A stretch of DNA of 64,000 bases from a virus (lineage: Duplodnaviria > Caudoviricetes). Both the position numbers and the translations under genes were made by a program. Shown here one piece after another: positions 38,988 to 49,401 of this stretch. The stretch is from the IMG/VR virus record IMGVR_UViG_3300029288_000075, positions 1 to 64,000 of that record; one strand, written 5' to 3'. The first letter of the stretch is position 1. Every line of letters starts with the position of its first letter. The notes below the pieces were generated by a model, which saw only the letters and a program-made list of their open reading frames with translations, was not told the DNA's origin and searched no databases.

Positions 38988-39818
38988 TTAGGGATCTGGC
39001 CTTTCTATATCGGGATCTGTGTCGTAGTCGGGGGTTACACCGGTGACTTCTTCGTGGTGAGCACGGTATAGGGAACGCGCAAATATCATGTCTTCAACGA
39101 ATGCGTCAAACGCGTTGTCCTTGCCGTCGTCTTGGGATGCATCCCAGACCTCTGTGATGCTGTGCGTGATCAGCATTTGGTAGCGTACGAGGAAGGGGTC
39201 TACCGGCGTTATCTCTACGCCCTTGACCTTGCGCGTCCATTCCTTCTTTTTCTTCGACAGGTTTGGTACGTGGGTCACTCCAGGGATTGCAATGGTTCGC
39301 GTGGTACCTCGGTCCGCCTTGATGCTGACGCTTTGGCCTGATAAGGAGGCTGCCACGGTAGCCCCCAGTGCCACGATTAGCACTGGGTCCACGATGTAGA
39401 TCTCCTCGTTTAGCCGGGCACGGCAGGCACGCAGAGGCAATACGGCCGGTGGTTGGGGGATGACTACGTATCGTTCCCTTCCCTGGAAGTTGGCTCGTAC
39501 TTCACGTTCTCCGTCGTCACCCAGCTTGAAGGCATTGCTTTGACACGCCAGCAGGTAGGTGAAGTAGACGGGGCGCATCTTCAACCCCTCCACGCAGTGT
39601 AGTAGGGTTGCCCTACTTTCCTTGTCGGAGAATACTGCGCCCTTGCGGTTGTCTGAATAGGACGGTGACTCACCGATGAACATGATGCCTTCGTACTCCC
39701 CGCCACCTAGGAGTACTTCGGTCTCATTGTATTCTCGAGTAACGTGCAATTCGCACTTCTGGCAGCCTGCCCATTCGTTGGCGAGCTGCTCTATGTCTTT
39801 CCTTGCGTCAAGTACCAA
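38988..39818 (-). CDS. Family-4-like uracil-DNA glycosylase (diverged)
   Basis: CQKCELH, IMFIGESP, ACRARLNEEI, IVALGATVA. Confidence 0.75.
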   Translation of the reverse strand: MVLDARKDIEQLANEWAGCQKCELHVTREYNETEVLLGGGEYEGIMFIGESPSYSDNRKGAVFSDKESRATLLHCVEGLKMRPVYFTYLLACQSNAFKLGDDGEREVRANFQGRERYVVIPQPPAVLPLRACRARLNEEIYIVDPVLIVALGATVAASLSGQSVSIKADRGTTRTIAIPGVTHVPNLSKKKKEWTRKVKGVEITPVDPFLVRYQMLITHSITEVWDASQDDGKDNAFDAFVEDMIFARSLYRAHHEEVTGVTPDYDTDPDIERPDP

Positions 39819-41577
39819 CGTTACCTCCTGTGCCTGGCACCCTTATACCGGTGACGCCCATTCTTCTTCTCAAGGACGGATGGTCCACCAGCGTGTAATG
39901 GAAGGGTCCCCCTTCTTCGGGGGGCCAGTTGCGTAGATGGCGGCGTAGTTTGATGCATTGCCCGATTAGAGGGGACACGTTATCCTCGAGGAACACCAGC
40001 TCGGAGTTCTTCTTGTCCCGTGGCCTACCCATGATCTGCTGGAGGGTGTTCCTGTCGGATACGGGTTCGCAGACCACGATGGCCGAGAGCTTTTTGTCGT
40101 CTAAGCCCTCTCTTCCGTACTTCATGATCGCGAAGATGACCTGCCTTTTTGCCAGCATGTCCATTCGTGTGGGCGGGTCCACCACTTCAGTGAAAAGACC
40201 TGATGTGCTGGGCTTCTTCAGGAGCTTTTGGAGGAACTCCTTTTGCCTACGTCGTAGTTCCCGTTCGGTCTTCTTCCATACCTCGTGCTGTCGTAGTTCT
40301 TCCTGGTACCTCTCGAGGCGTTCTTGGAAGGCCACCCTGTTTCCAGCGGTGAGGCTGTGCCCGTTTCGTCGCAGGTTTCTTTGTATCTCACGAATGGTGT
40401 TGGTGATACGTGTAAGGTATGCCTTCTTCAGTTCTACAGGCTCGATGTCTTCGCCGACGTCGGCACCCGTGGGGTACGGGATCTCGGTGTACAGACGGGT
40501 ACTGTCGTTGTTTTCTGTCCACAGCGTCATGAGGTTGATGACTTCGTCTACCGAGTAGGACAGCACAATTACCTTGTGCCCGTCGTCCACAAGACGACGC
40601 ACTACCGGTAGGACCACCTTGGTGAGGCGTTCTCTGCTGGCTCCGAAGAAGCCAGCAAGCTTTCCAAGGTGCAACTCTCCGTTCTTGGCGCATACCCCTA
40701 CGCGGGTCGCACTGGAATCCATATCTATGGAGAAATCGGTCCACTTGAAGTAGATCTTCGGAGGGTGGTCTTGAACCACATCCTTGAAGATGACGTCTCC
40801 TACGTGGTACTGACAAACCACGTGACTTCCGTCTGGTCGGTTCGGCGTTGCCGTCAGGGCTAAGCGATAACCGTAGAAAAGTGGGGCTGACTTGGAGAAG
40901 ACGGGGGCGCTCACGTGATGTCCCTCGTCCCACACAACCAGACCGAACTTCCTGCGAACCTCTTCGGGCATTGTCTCTGCCCAGTTGGCCAGCGTCTGGT
41001 ACGTGGCCATTACGACGTCCTTGTCCCAGTCTTTTACATCGCCCTGTATGAGGCCAACGCCCCCTGGCACGTCGAGATGACGTTCGATTTCCTCCATCCA
41101 TTGGTGCAGCAGGTGCGTGTTGTCTACGGCAATCAAGACCGGTACTTGCAGTAGCGCTGCGAAGTGAAGCGCCACCACGGTCTTGCCTTTACCGCAGGCC
41201 AGTTGTAGCGTCCCGCCGGTGGCCCGTAGCAGTGCTTCCACTGCCTTGCGTTGTATTTTCTTGCCGGTAGGTTGGAGCACCCCGCCAGGGCCTGGCTTAT
41301 GGTCTAGGTGGATGCGGCTGGTGATGTTGGTGCGTTCGTACTGTGCTGGTCTGCAGTCGATGCACTCAAAGGGCAAGTCCGCTGGCTTCCAGAAGGCTCG
41401 AGGCACCACCAGGTGGTGCTCCGACTCCCGCCAGAGTCGGAGGCACCTGATCGTGTTTCGGTCTGATAGCTCGAACTCGAGCGCGCTTTTGACTCCATCA
41501 ACGTTCACCAAGTGCTTTGGAATCCAAAGCATGTCGTCTAAGTACCCTTTGTCGGGGTCGCGCCGAATGAGCTTCAT
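39808..41577 (-). CDS. SF2 helicase (UvsW/XPB-like)
   Basis: ACGKGKT, DEGHH, LTATPNR, EGLD, QIMGR. Confidence 0.9.
   Translation of the reverse strand: MKLIRRDPDKGYLDDMLWIPKHLVNVDGVKSALEFELSDRNTIRCLRLWRESEHHLVVPRAFWKPADLPFECIDCRPAQYERTNITSRIHLDHKPGPGGVLQPTGKKIQRKAVEALLRATGGTLQLACGKGKTVVALHFAALLQVPVLIAVDNTHLLHQWMEEIERHLDVPGGVGLIQGDVKDWDKDVVMATYQTLANWAETMPEEVRRKFGLVVWDEGHHVSAPVFSKSAPLFYGYRLALTATPNRPDGSHVVCQYHVGDVIFKDVVQDHPPKIYFKWTDFSIDMDSSATRVGVCAKNGELHLGKLAGFFGASRERLTKVVLPVVRRLVDDGHKVIVLSYSVDEVINLMTLWTENNDSTRLYTEIPYPTGADVGEDIEPVELKKAYLTRITNTIREIQRNLRRNGHSLTAGNRVAFQERLERYQEELRQHEVWKKTERELRRRQKEFLQKLLKKPSTSGLFTEVVDPPTRMDMLAKRQVIFAIMKYGREGLDDKKLSAIVVCEPVSDRNTLQQIMGRPRDKKNSELVFLEDNVSPLIGQCIKLRRHLRNWPPEEGGPFHYTLVDHPSLRRRMGVTGIRVPGTGGNVGT
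39842..39868 (-). promoter_or_regulatory. Possible promoter motif E
   Basis: AAG-N16-GGTATAAG just upstream of the UDG RBS. Confidence 0.4.
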
Positions 41578-41585
41578 ACTGCTTC

Positions 41586-42116
41586 CTAGTCTCTTCTTCC
41601 GAAGGATTCCACATCGAAGAAGTGCGCCACGGTATGCCCTGCTGATTTGCCGAGCGACCGTAGTACTTCAAGCCCAAGTCGCTTTAGCAGACCGCCACCG
41701 TTCACGGGCTCTCTGGTGGTGAGATACTGAGGCATCCCGTAGTTCACTGGCACCGCCTGCGGCAACCCTACCTGCTGGTATTGCTGCGGGTGATGCTGCG
41801 CTTGTATTGCCTGCTGCTGCGGTAAGTACCCCGGGCGGTAAGGCTGTGCTGTAGCAGCTGGTGGGGTGAACGTGGTGGAAGGTCGCACCAGGCTCTGCTG
41901 TGGAACCACGTTGCTGCCATGCACTGCTGCCTGCGTCCTTACCGCGCAGGAAGACATCATGTCGCACTTTGGTCTTCTGAGCTCTCCTGTTTTTGCTGAA
42001 TAGGCCGGGTCATCCCCACCTGTGCATTCCAAGGCCGTGGCATCAAACTTCTTGCCGAAGCACTTCGGCACGTCTTCTTCGTCGTTGTCTTGTCTCATCT
42101 GGCTGAGCTTGAACAA
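41586..42116 (-). CDS. Hypothetical protein with Cys cluster and Q/P-rich linker
   Basis: GGAGG RBS; first gene of the replication block. Confidence 0.65.
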   Translation of the reverse strand: MFKLSQMRQDNDEEDVPKCFGKKFDATALECTGGDDPAYSAKTGELRRPKCDMMSSCAVRTQAAVHGSNVVPQQSLVRPSTTFTPPAATAQPYRPGYLPQQQAIQAQHHPQQYQQVGLPQAVPVNYGMPQYLTTREPVNGGGLLKRLGLEVLRSLGKSAGHTVAHFFDVESFGRRD

Positions 42117-42264
42117 GAGGCCTCCTGACTTAGGCGGTATGCCTATGCCTCAATTCTCTTTTGCCCTGCGCTATTGCCAATTTGCAGGCCGCAGTTCCGC
42201 AAAGGGGTTGTGTCTAGTATTCTGACGGTGCTACAACTAGCCAGTCGCGCACTGAGAGGCACCG

Positions 42265-43704
42265 ATGAAAACCGCAGGACTCGTTCTAGACCTATACGAC
42301 TCCCCAAAGGACATCAAGCACATCTTCCCCACGCTGGACGATGTACCTGCCCAGATCAAGGAGGCACAGGTTCTTTCCTCTGTCGAGTTGGAAGGCCTGC
42401 CTGACCACCTATTTGCCTTGGTGCTTGACAATGGGGATGCGCCGTTGCGCAAGTACGCCTGCGTAGATGCGGGGGGCACGCTGCTGAACGTAGGGTACTT
42501 CCTGATGCACGGGCACAAGCTTCCTGAGGAGGCACAGAAGGTAGCAGCGCAGAACTTGCAGGTAGCGTGTGGATGGTACGGGTTGGAGCCTCCCGATGAG
42601 TTGTGCAAAGTGGCATTGGGATTGAACACGTTGCTGACAGCGGCGATGGCCCCATCGCTGGTCAAGGGCACAAGCCAGCAGATTGGTAACAATCTGGCAG
42701 GGCTTCAGGCGTCTTCGGGACACGTGATGCCGCTGGGCCAGCAGAGTGCCGCGGGCAGTATGTTGAAGGGCGCAGAGGCGACTGGGTCATCGTTGTTGCC
42801 CGCGCAGGACCCGGGAGACTTGGTAGCTGCGACGGAACGTGGAAAGCCAGGTAGCAGCAACACTAGTGCGGCCAAGTCAGCAAGTACTGGGCACTTGGTA
42901 CCGGGGCATGGTGGAGAAAAAGGCACGGAGCTCGAGCAGGCTTTCGGGGTTGCCAAGGAACAGTACGAAGAGGCCCCGCAGCTGCCCGCGCAGAAGATGT
43001 CCCCTCATGTGGACGTTCGGGGCAAGGAACCGCCCAAGAAGTTGGAGAAGGAAGCTAGTGTAGGGCTGTTTCCTCTCGATAACTATGCGCAGGTGCAAGA
43101 GGCAGTCAGGTATGCCGAGGATAACAAGGATGTGCTTCCTGCGGAGTTCTTACATGACTTCTCCGTGCCCTTGGTGAAGAGGGCATCGCAGCTGGGGCTG
43201 CCTTTGAGTGATGAGCTGCGCGCCTACGGATCGACCACGTTTGCTCCAGATGAGCAACTGCAGGTCGGTCTTGACACACGTAGACAGCACATGTCCAAGG
43301 AAGCCTGTCTGGCGTTGGATGCGTTGTTCGAACAGCGCGGTTTGCTAGGACCGGATGGCTACTGTCAGTTGCTTCAGCACATCGACAAGACTGCCGGCGT
43401 GGAGTGGTTGTACGGGCGGGCCATCCTCAATCCGCAGCTGTCTACGTATGGCGTCACCAAGACGGCAGCTGACGGTGAGGACACCTGGGTGCATGCGAAT
43501 GACTACATTACTCGTGCCCAGATAGAGAACTTTGGGGTTACCGCAGCCCTTGCACTTCGTGACGACTACGGGGATGAATTCGTGAAGGCCTTTCAAAAAG
43601 AGCCGTGGGCGATGTTCAAGTCCTTGCCATTACCCCAACAAGTACGCATAGCGCGGCGCGCCAGTGACAATAGTGCTACGGGCATGCGAGATGTCCAGGT
43701 TTGA
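42265..43704 (+). CDS. Putative head/internal virion protein rich in KxA motifs
   Basis: GAGG RBS; about 12 K-x-A sites; upstream of the portal. Confidence 0.6.
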   Translation: MKTAGLVLDLYDSPKDIKHIFPTLDDVPAQIKEAQVLSSVELEGLPDHLFALVLDNGDAPLRKYACVDAGGTLLNVGYFLMHGHKLPEEAQKVAAQNLQVACGWYGLEPPDELCKVALGLNTLLTAAMAPSLVKGTSQQIGNNLAGLQASSGHVMPLGQQSAAGSMLKGAEATGSSLLPAQDPGDLVAATERGKPGSSNTSAAKSASTGHLVPGHGGEKGTELEQAFGVAKEQYEEAPQLPAQKMSPHVDVRGKEPPKKLEKEASVGLFPLDNYAQVQEAVRYAEDNKDVLPAEFLHDFSVPLVKRASQLGLPLSDELRAYGSTTFAPDEQLQVGLDTRRQHMSKEACLALDALFEQRGLLGPDGYCQLLQHIDKTAGVEWLYGRAILNPQLSTYGVTKTAADGEDTWVHANDYITRAQIENFGVTAALALRDDYGDEFVKAFQKEPWAMFKSLPLPQQVRIARRASDNSATGMRDVQV

Positions 43705-44482
43705 GTCACTGTACGCCCGAGTCCTCGAGCAAGTTCCGCGCAAAGTGCCGGAAGAGGATGACCCCACGGTTGTCGTAGAAACGGCGCAGGGTGATGAGCG
43801 CACCATAGATCCCGCCGCGATGGTGCACAGGCCTACAAAGGTGGCGGGGGTTACTCGAGATACGCTGTGGAGGTCCCCGGAGGCGCACCCAATCGTGCTG
43901 GATTTGGTGATGCTGCGAAAGTACGACTTGGCGTGGCTTGGCTATGAAATTGAGACCATTGCCAGGCTGATTCGGGAGGACTTCGGTACCCCCACCGTTG
44001 CTGATGTGAACTTGGAGAAGCTGCAAGCGTGCAAGACGCTACATCTCGTGGATGACTTCTGGTCCAGGTGGGAGGTATTTTTGCCCTGCGCGATGGCTTT
44101 CAACAGCCAGCTGGCAGACTTTCATAGCATGCAGGTACCAACTGTGGCGGAGTGCTTGGTAGCAGTGGACATAGCCAACAGGCTGCGCGATGACTGCAGC
44201 TGGAGTGCTGAGATCAAGGGCTACCTTGGCGCCGTGCACACGTTTGACAGTGAGCTTTGTCCGCAGGAGCCTTTGACCTTTGTGTCGGTGCCAACGGAGG
44301 ATCTGTCTGTGGATGTTGCTGAGGTACGCCGCAGATGGCCCATCGTGCGTGCAGCAGGGCAGATCCCTAAAGGGGACACCTTGGAAGACGAGCAGCTGCG
44401 CAAGATGCTAGGCTCTTGGGTGTACCTGGAAGCCATGCGCAGTCGGCTTCAATCTCAGCTGGTGGTTTTGAACGATGTCTGA
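43691..44482 (+). CDS. Hypothetical (head cluster) protein
   Basis: Overlapping ATG start; helical. Confidence 0.6.
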   Translation: MSRFESLYARVLEQVPRKVPEEDDPTVVVETAQGDERTIDPAAMVHRPTKVAGVTRDTLWRSPEAHPIVLDLVMLRKYDLAWLGYEIETIARLIREDFGTPTVADVNLEKLQACKTLHLVDDFWSRWEVFLPCAMAFNSQLADFHSMQVPTVAECLVAVDIANRLRDDCSWSAEIKGYLGAVHTFDSELCPQEPLTFVSVPTEDLSVDVAEVRRRWPIVRAAGQIPKGDTLEDEQLRKMLGSWVYLEAMRSRLQSQLVVLNDV

Positions 44483-45641
44483 CCCCAACCCAACGCTGCT
44501 TGTACTTGCTGCTTTCGTCGATGAGCTAGCCAAGGAGGCTGCGGTGGCTGACGTCGCCCGCAGGGCGTTATCTCGAGGGGTCTTGCATGGGGTGGGCGCG
44601 GGCGCGGGTGGCGGCCTGGGTCTTGGCATAGGGGCGGGGGCGCTAGCCGGCGGGACGTTGAGCGGGGTTCAACGGTATCGTCAGGCCCGAGAGCAGGGGA
44701 ATAGCTTGGTGTCCTCGCTGGGGTCGGCTGCGGGCGGCGCGGCGCGCGGCGCGCTGCTGGGTGGTGCTGTCGGCGGCGTGGCAGGTACCGGGCTGGGTGC
44801 CGTAGCAGGGGGTGTTGCGCCTACAAAGGTGATCTCTGCCACCAAGAATTTGGCTAAAAGGCAGGATTCCGTAGGATCTTTCTCGCGGTTCGGGCAGCGG
44901 CAGGTTCACAGCCTAACCGGTTGGAAGCCAGGAGGGGCGACGTCGTCCATTGAGTCGATTGGAGCGGGCGCGGCGCCCGCCAGGGCGGCAACCGAGCAAT
45001 CCTTGGAAAAGCTGAAGTCCTCCCCCGAGATGGATGGTGTGGTGAAGGCAGTAGCTTCTGGAGATCGGAGAGCGTCCGACGTGGCTCGAGAAGCTCTTCG
45101 AAAAGGGCCCCAAGCAGAATTGACGGGTACCTTGAAGCGACTGCAAGCGTCAGAAGCCACTCAGCGGATGGGGCTCACCAGCCTTCCTGGTTACGCCAAG
45201 TCGATTCAACGGGAAGGCCTTGTGCCGACGGTGAGGGCCGGCGTGAAAGAGCAATGGCAGGCCAGTGGTCCTAAAGGCAAGGCGATGATGGTTGGCTTTC
45301 CGGCGTTGTATGCGGCACAGACGCTGAAGAGACCCGAGGGTTCGGAGCAGGGTAGGGGTGAAACCATCGGGAAGATGGTGGGTGGAACACTGGGATCCAT
45401 GGCGGCGCCCACGCCGCTGGCAGGCAGTTTAGCGCTTGGGGCTGGCTTCGAACGTGCAGGCGGGTTGGTAGGAAGAGGTGTGGACAGGCTGCGCGGTAGG
45501 CGGCCTGGGCAGGCACAGCGGCCGCAGGTGCCGCAGGAACCGTCGCGCCCGCCGGCAACTGAACCTGGTGACACAGGCCAGGCGGCTGTTGAGCGGGTGT
45601 ACGGTACCGGCTACGGTGGTGGTGCAGGAGGATTGGAGTAG
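44475..45641 (+). CDS. Gly-zipper hydrophobic internal/ejection-like protein
   Basis: FVDELAKEAA leader then long GxxxG repeats. Confidence 0.55.
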   Translation: MSDPNPTLLVLAAFVDELAKEAAVADVARRALSRGVLHGVGAGAGGGLGLGIGAGALAGGTLSGVQRYRQAREQGNSLVSSLGSAAGGAARGALLGGAVGGVAGTGLGAVAGGVAPTKVISATKNLAKRQDSVGSFSRFGQRQVHSLTGWKPGGATSSIESIGAGAAPARAATEQSLEKLKSSPEMDGVVKAVASGDRRASDVAREALRKGPQAELTGTLKRLQASEATQRMGLTSLPGYAKSIQREGLVPTVRAGVKEQWQASGPKGKAMMVGFPALYAAQTLKRPEGSEQGRGETIGKMVGGTLGSMAAPTPLAGSLALGAGFERAGGLVGRGVDRLRGRRPGQAQRPQVPQEPSRPPATEPGDTGQAAVERVYGTGYGGGAGGLE

Positions 45642-45644
45642 CCC

Positions 45645-47678
45645 ATGAGTATCCCTGGTTCGTTGATGATGGGTGGCGCCGGCAGCGGTTCTCGTTTTGT
45701 ACAGACCCGTGGGCGCATGGGAAATGGCTACAGCCAGGGGGTCAACTACCCGAGCCCGTTCTTCGACATCGCTCACACGTACTTGCCCATCACCATCAAG
45801 TCGATGCTGCGGTGGTGCCGTTACTACTTTCTGACGAATCCCATCATCAACGCCACAGTCACCAAGTTGGCGGAGTACCCCATTACGGAAATCATGATCG
45901 ACCATCCCGAGAAGCGGGTGGCGGACAAGTGGAAGGAGTACTTCGAAGACCATCTGAACTACCGCGCATTCCAGATTGAGTGTGGCCTTGACTACCATAC
46001 CTACGGGAATTGCCTGTCTAGCTTGAGCTTTCCTTTCAAGAAGTACCTGACGTGTGCTCAATGCGGGTTTCAAGCTGAAGCAAAGCGGATTCGTCCCCAT
46101 TGGGTTTTCACCAATTACGAGTACCGACTGAGTTGTCCCAAGTGCGGCAATCTAGGCACCGCTCGAGCACGTGACGTCTACCTCAAGAGCGAGGATGGTG
46201 TGCAGGTGATGCGGTGGAACCCGGAGGATGTAGAGATTACGTACTCTGCGCTCACGGGGGAGCACACGTACTTCTACAACATACCTGCGTCGGTGCGTAA
46301 CGATGTCATCATAGGTAAGAAGGACGCGGTAGAACAGGTCCCTGAGGTGTTTATTCAGGCGTTGCGCCAGCAGAAGGGTGTTGTATTTTCGAAGGACTTG
46401 TTCTTTCACCTGCGTCGGCCGACGCTGGCTGACCAGGATCGCGGGTGGGGTATTCCTCTGCTTCTTCCCTGTCTGAAAGACACGTTCTACCTGCAGATCA
46501 TGAAGAAGGCGCAAGAGGCCATTCTGCTCGAGCACATTGTTCCTCTGCGCACAATTTCTCCGCAAGCGGGCTCTGGTACCTCTGACCCGTATACCACCAT
46601 CAACCTGGTGGATTGGCGTGATCATGTAGCTACGGAAATTGCGCGTTGGCGCATGGACCCGAACTACATTCCCATCCTGCCGCTGCCCATCTCTAGCCAG
46701 ACCATTGGCGGGGATGGTCGTGCGCTTCTGTTGATCCAGGAGATGCAGGCCATCAGCGAGAACCTCATCAACGGTATGCAGGTTCCGCTCGAGTTCATCA
46801 AAGGTGGCTTGAGCTACGCCGGTACGAATGTGTCGATGCGTATGCTCGAGAACCAGTTCATCATCTACCTGTCGCGGCACAAGCGGCAAGCGCAGTGGGT
46901 GATGCGTAGCGTGGCCGACTACTTAGGGTGGCCGTTGGCTTCCATTCGTTTCAAGCCGTTCAAGATGGCCGACGACATCCAACGTAAGGCCTTCTTGTTC
47001 CAGCTCAACCAAGCCAACAAGGTCAGCGAAACGACATTGCTGGCTGATTCGGATTTGGATCAGGACCGTGAGAATCAGATCATGGAGCGCGAGACGGCGC
47101 AGCGGATCCGTGCAACGGAGAAGCAGCAGCTGGCCACGGCTGAATTGCAGGGCAGGCAGCAAGTTATCATGATGAAGATGCAGGCCAAGGCACAGCAGGA
47201 GATGCAGGCAGCCATGGCTGCCCCCAATGCCCCAGGAGAACCTGGTGGCCCTGCTAGTGGAGCAGCAGCGCCAGGAGGACAGGGCGGCGCTGACGTCATG
47301 CCCAGCAATCCAATGGCGGCTATGCAGAGTCCTCTCAACTCGACCCAGGATATGGGCTTGGGGCATAGCCAACAGCCAGGGCAACAGGCGCAGATGGGTG
47401 GCACTGATATCGTGTTGATGGCGCAGACCTACGCGCAGCAGCTATCTCAGATGAACGCTGCGCAGCAGCTGATCGCCCTCAAGAACTTGCGAACGCAGTC
47501 TCCAGAGTTGGCGGACTTGGTGATGCAGTACTTGCGCAGCATGCCGCGGTCGGTAAACGAGCCTTCTATGCCCGCTGCAAACTCTCAGATGGGGGCGGCC
47601 GGCGCCGCGGCGCAAGAAGTGGATATGACACCGCAGCCAGAGAAGCTTCCGCCAAGACGTGCGGCGGGCATGGTGTGA
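45645..47678 (+). CDS. Probable portal protein with Zn-ribbon insertion
   Basis: NPIINATVTKLAE, FHLRRP...GWGIPLL, coiled-coil and disordered tail; CAQC...CPKC. Confidence 0.6.
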   Translation: MSIPGSLMMGGAGSGSRFVQTRGRMGNGYSQGVNYPSPFFDIAHTYLPITIKSMLRWCRYYFLTNPIINATVTKLAEYPITEIMIDHPEKRVADKWKEYFEDHLNYRAFQIECGLDYHTYGNCLSSLSFPFKKYLTCAQCGFQAEAKRIRPHWVFTNYEYRLSCPKCGNLGTARARDVYLKSEDGVQVMRWNPEDVEITYSALTGEHTYFYNIPASVRNDVIIGKKDAVEQVPEVFIQALRQQKGVVFSKDLFFHLRRPTLADQDRGWGIPLLLPCLKDTFYLQIMKKAQEAILLEHIVPLRTISPQAGSGTSDPYTTINLVDWRDHVATEIARWRMDPNYIPILPLPISSQTIGGDGRALLLIQEMQAISENLINGMQVPLEFIKGGLSYAGTNVSMRMLENQFIIYLSRHKRQAQWVMRSVADYLGWPLASIRFKPFKMADDIQRKAFLFQLNQANKVSETTLLADSDLDQDRENQIMERETAQRIRATEKQQLATAELQGRQQVIMMKMQAKAQQEMQAAMAAPNAPGEPGGPASGAAAPGGQGGADVMPSNPMAAMQSPLNSTQDMGLGHSQQPGQQAQMGGTDIVLMAQTYAQQLSQMNAAQQLIALKNLRTQSPELADLVMQYLRSMPRSVNEPSMPAANSQMGAAGAAAQEVDMTPQPEKLPPRRAAGMV

Positions 47679-47685
47679 TCTAGGG

Positions 47686-47720
47686 GCTAAGAAAAGACCC
47701 TCGCGAGATGGTCTTTTCTC
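47686..47720. terminator. Bidirectional terminator
   Basis: AGAAAAGACC-N10-GGTCTTTTCT between convergent genes. Confidence 0.75.
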
Positions 47721-47745
47721 CCATCCCCTGCGGGATGGTTCTTGC

Positions 47746-47985
47746 TCAGTTGCCGGCAGCTTGCGCTTGCACCTGTGGGGCTTGCGCTTGCATGGGCTGC
47801 GAGGCAACCAGCTTGTTGTACTCGCTCCGCGTGATGATCTTACCGTCAGGCAGGACGTGGAATTGTTGTGCCGCATGCGCCTTGATACCGGAGCGCTTAC
47901 CCATGACGAATGCCGTGGAGCCGATGACGGCTGCGGTCGCTACGGAGCCAGCGGAGATGAGTGAGATGGTCCAGAAACGGGTCAT
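47746..47985 (-). CDS. Small membrane-anchored protein
   Basis: AAGGA RBS; N-terminal hydrophobic helix; own promoter motif. Confidence 0.6.
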   Translation of the reverse strand: MTRFWTISLISAGSVATAAVIGSTAFVMGKRSGIKAHAAQQFHVLPDGKIITRSEYNKLVASQPMQAQAPQVQAQAAGN

Positions 47986-48024
47986 AGTATTTCCTTTGCT
48001 GGTAAGCCGCAAGTGGCTGTACCT

Positions 48025-48063
48025 TCCTCTACCTTTCTTATCCCTGGTTTTTGGCTATTATTT
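48025..48063 (-). promoter_or_regulatory. Phage-specific promoter motif B
   Basis: AAA-N16-GGGATAAGAAAGGTAGAGGA. Confidence 0.7.
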
Positions 48064-49401
48064 CAGGAAGATGGTCTGTCCCCACGCCGCGGGCTTTGTG
48101 CGTGACGTAGGCACGATGCACCAGATCACCTCCATGTTGGTAGGCGGTTCTTCAGGTACCGTACCGTCACCGTCTGTGATGTAGATGAGCATGTCTGGTC
48201 GAGGCATGGCCTTGCATGCTTGTGCTATTGGCTGCCTGAAGTCCGTACCTCCACGCCCGTGTATTTCCATCTGGTACAAGTCCGCTGAGCACACCAGTGT
48301 TGGTTCCCGTTGTATTTTGGTGTCTGCCTCGAGGTAGTACACCTGCGAAGTGCCAGTTTGGTCGATGACGTCGGCGCAAACGCGCAGTGCGGCGCCCAGC
48401 TCAGGCTTGCCCATGGACAAGGAACTGTCCACTACTAGCCAGAGGCAGGGGTCGTAGTCAACCAGTCCAGGTAGCATGAACCCGCGGAGGTAAGACCGCT
48501 TTGACGGACGTTTGCGGCTGTAGTCAGAGCCGCCTACCCGAATGTGGTCTATGGTTTGGCTGGTGACTTCAGCCAGCAGCGATTCCCAAGGAACGTTGAA
48601 GGTTTCGTCGCTGGCGATGATGAGCTCGGACCAGATACCGGGGGCATTATCCCTACCGGTAGCTTGCAGGTGGTCTTTGATAGCCTGCGAGGTGAGTCTT
48701 ACGATGTGTCTCTTGTAGGCGTCAGAGCGACCTCCGTTCTTCTCTGCATTTTTGGCTGCTTCGAGCGCCTCAGATGTCGAAGCGCTAGATACGCCACCGC
48801 AGCAGCCAGCCATGAATTTGTTGTGGTGTTTTCCAGACTGGCCTTCTTGGTCGTTGCCGTCACCTGCTTCGCCTGAATCTCCGGCAGTACTTTTCTGCTT
48901 CTGTTCCTTCTCGTGCTGTTTCAGCCTGCGGTAGTACTCGTCCGCGGTAAGTCCGTTTGGCCATGCGTACTGCGCAGGAAGTACTGCCCAGTCAGGAAAT
49001 AGCCAAAGAGGTCGTTCTTCCGTGTTGGGGCCGCTGCTGTTCTTGAGTCGTACGGTGCGCTTTTGCTCCACCATCACACCGTTGATGAACAGGTCGCACG
49101 CCAAGAAAAAGGTCTGCGTATCTGGATAGCGCAGCCCTCTCTTCACATGCTCGAGCTGCACATGAAGGCACTCGTGAGCCAATCCGGTGGCCACAATTTG
49201 GGGATCTTCTGTAGCCACCCAGGCAGGGTCGTAGAGAAGCACAAGTTGCTCAGTTACGGCCATAGGGCCCTTGGCTATTTGCATCATGTGCTCGACTGGC
49301 GTTGGTATCAACGCGTAGAGTGTCGGGCTTAGGTATGGTGCAAACTGTCGGACAATCGCCCGCGCCAAGGGCAGCGCGGGCGACATATCTTGGTACGTCA
49401 T
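48058..49401 (-). CDS. Metallopeptidase-VWA protein (DUF2201-like)
   Basis: AHECLH, MIDAS VVDSSLS, GRGGTDF, YITDG. Confidence 0.85.
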   Translation of the reverse strand: MTYQDMSPALPLARAIVRQFAPYLSPTLYALIPTPVEHMMQIAKGPMAVTEQLVLLYDPAWVATEDPQIVATGLAHECLHVQLEHVKRGLRYPDTQTFFLACDLFINGVMVEQKRTVRLKNSSGPNTEERPLWLFPDWAVLPAQYAWPNGLTADEYYRRLKQHEKEQKQKSTAGDSGEAGDGNDQEGQSGKHHNKFMAGCCGGVSSASTSEALEAAKNAEKNGGRSDAYKRHIVRLTSQAIKDHLQATGRDNAPGIWSELIIASDETFNVPWESLLAEVTSQTIDHIRVGGSDYSRKRPSKRSYLRGFMLPGLVDYDPCLWLVVDSSLSMGKPELGAALRVCADVIDQTGTSQVYYLEADTKIQREPTLVCSADLYQMEIHGRGGTDFRQPIAQACKAMPRPDMLIYITDGDGTVPEEPPTNMEVIWCIVPTSRTKPAAWGQTIFLK

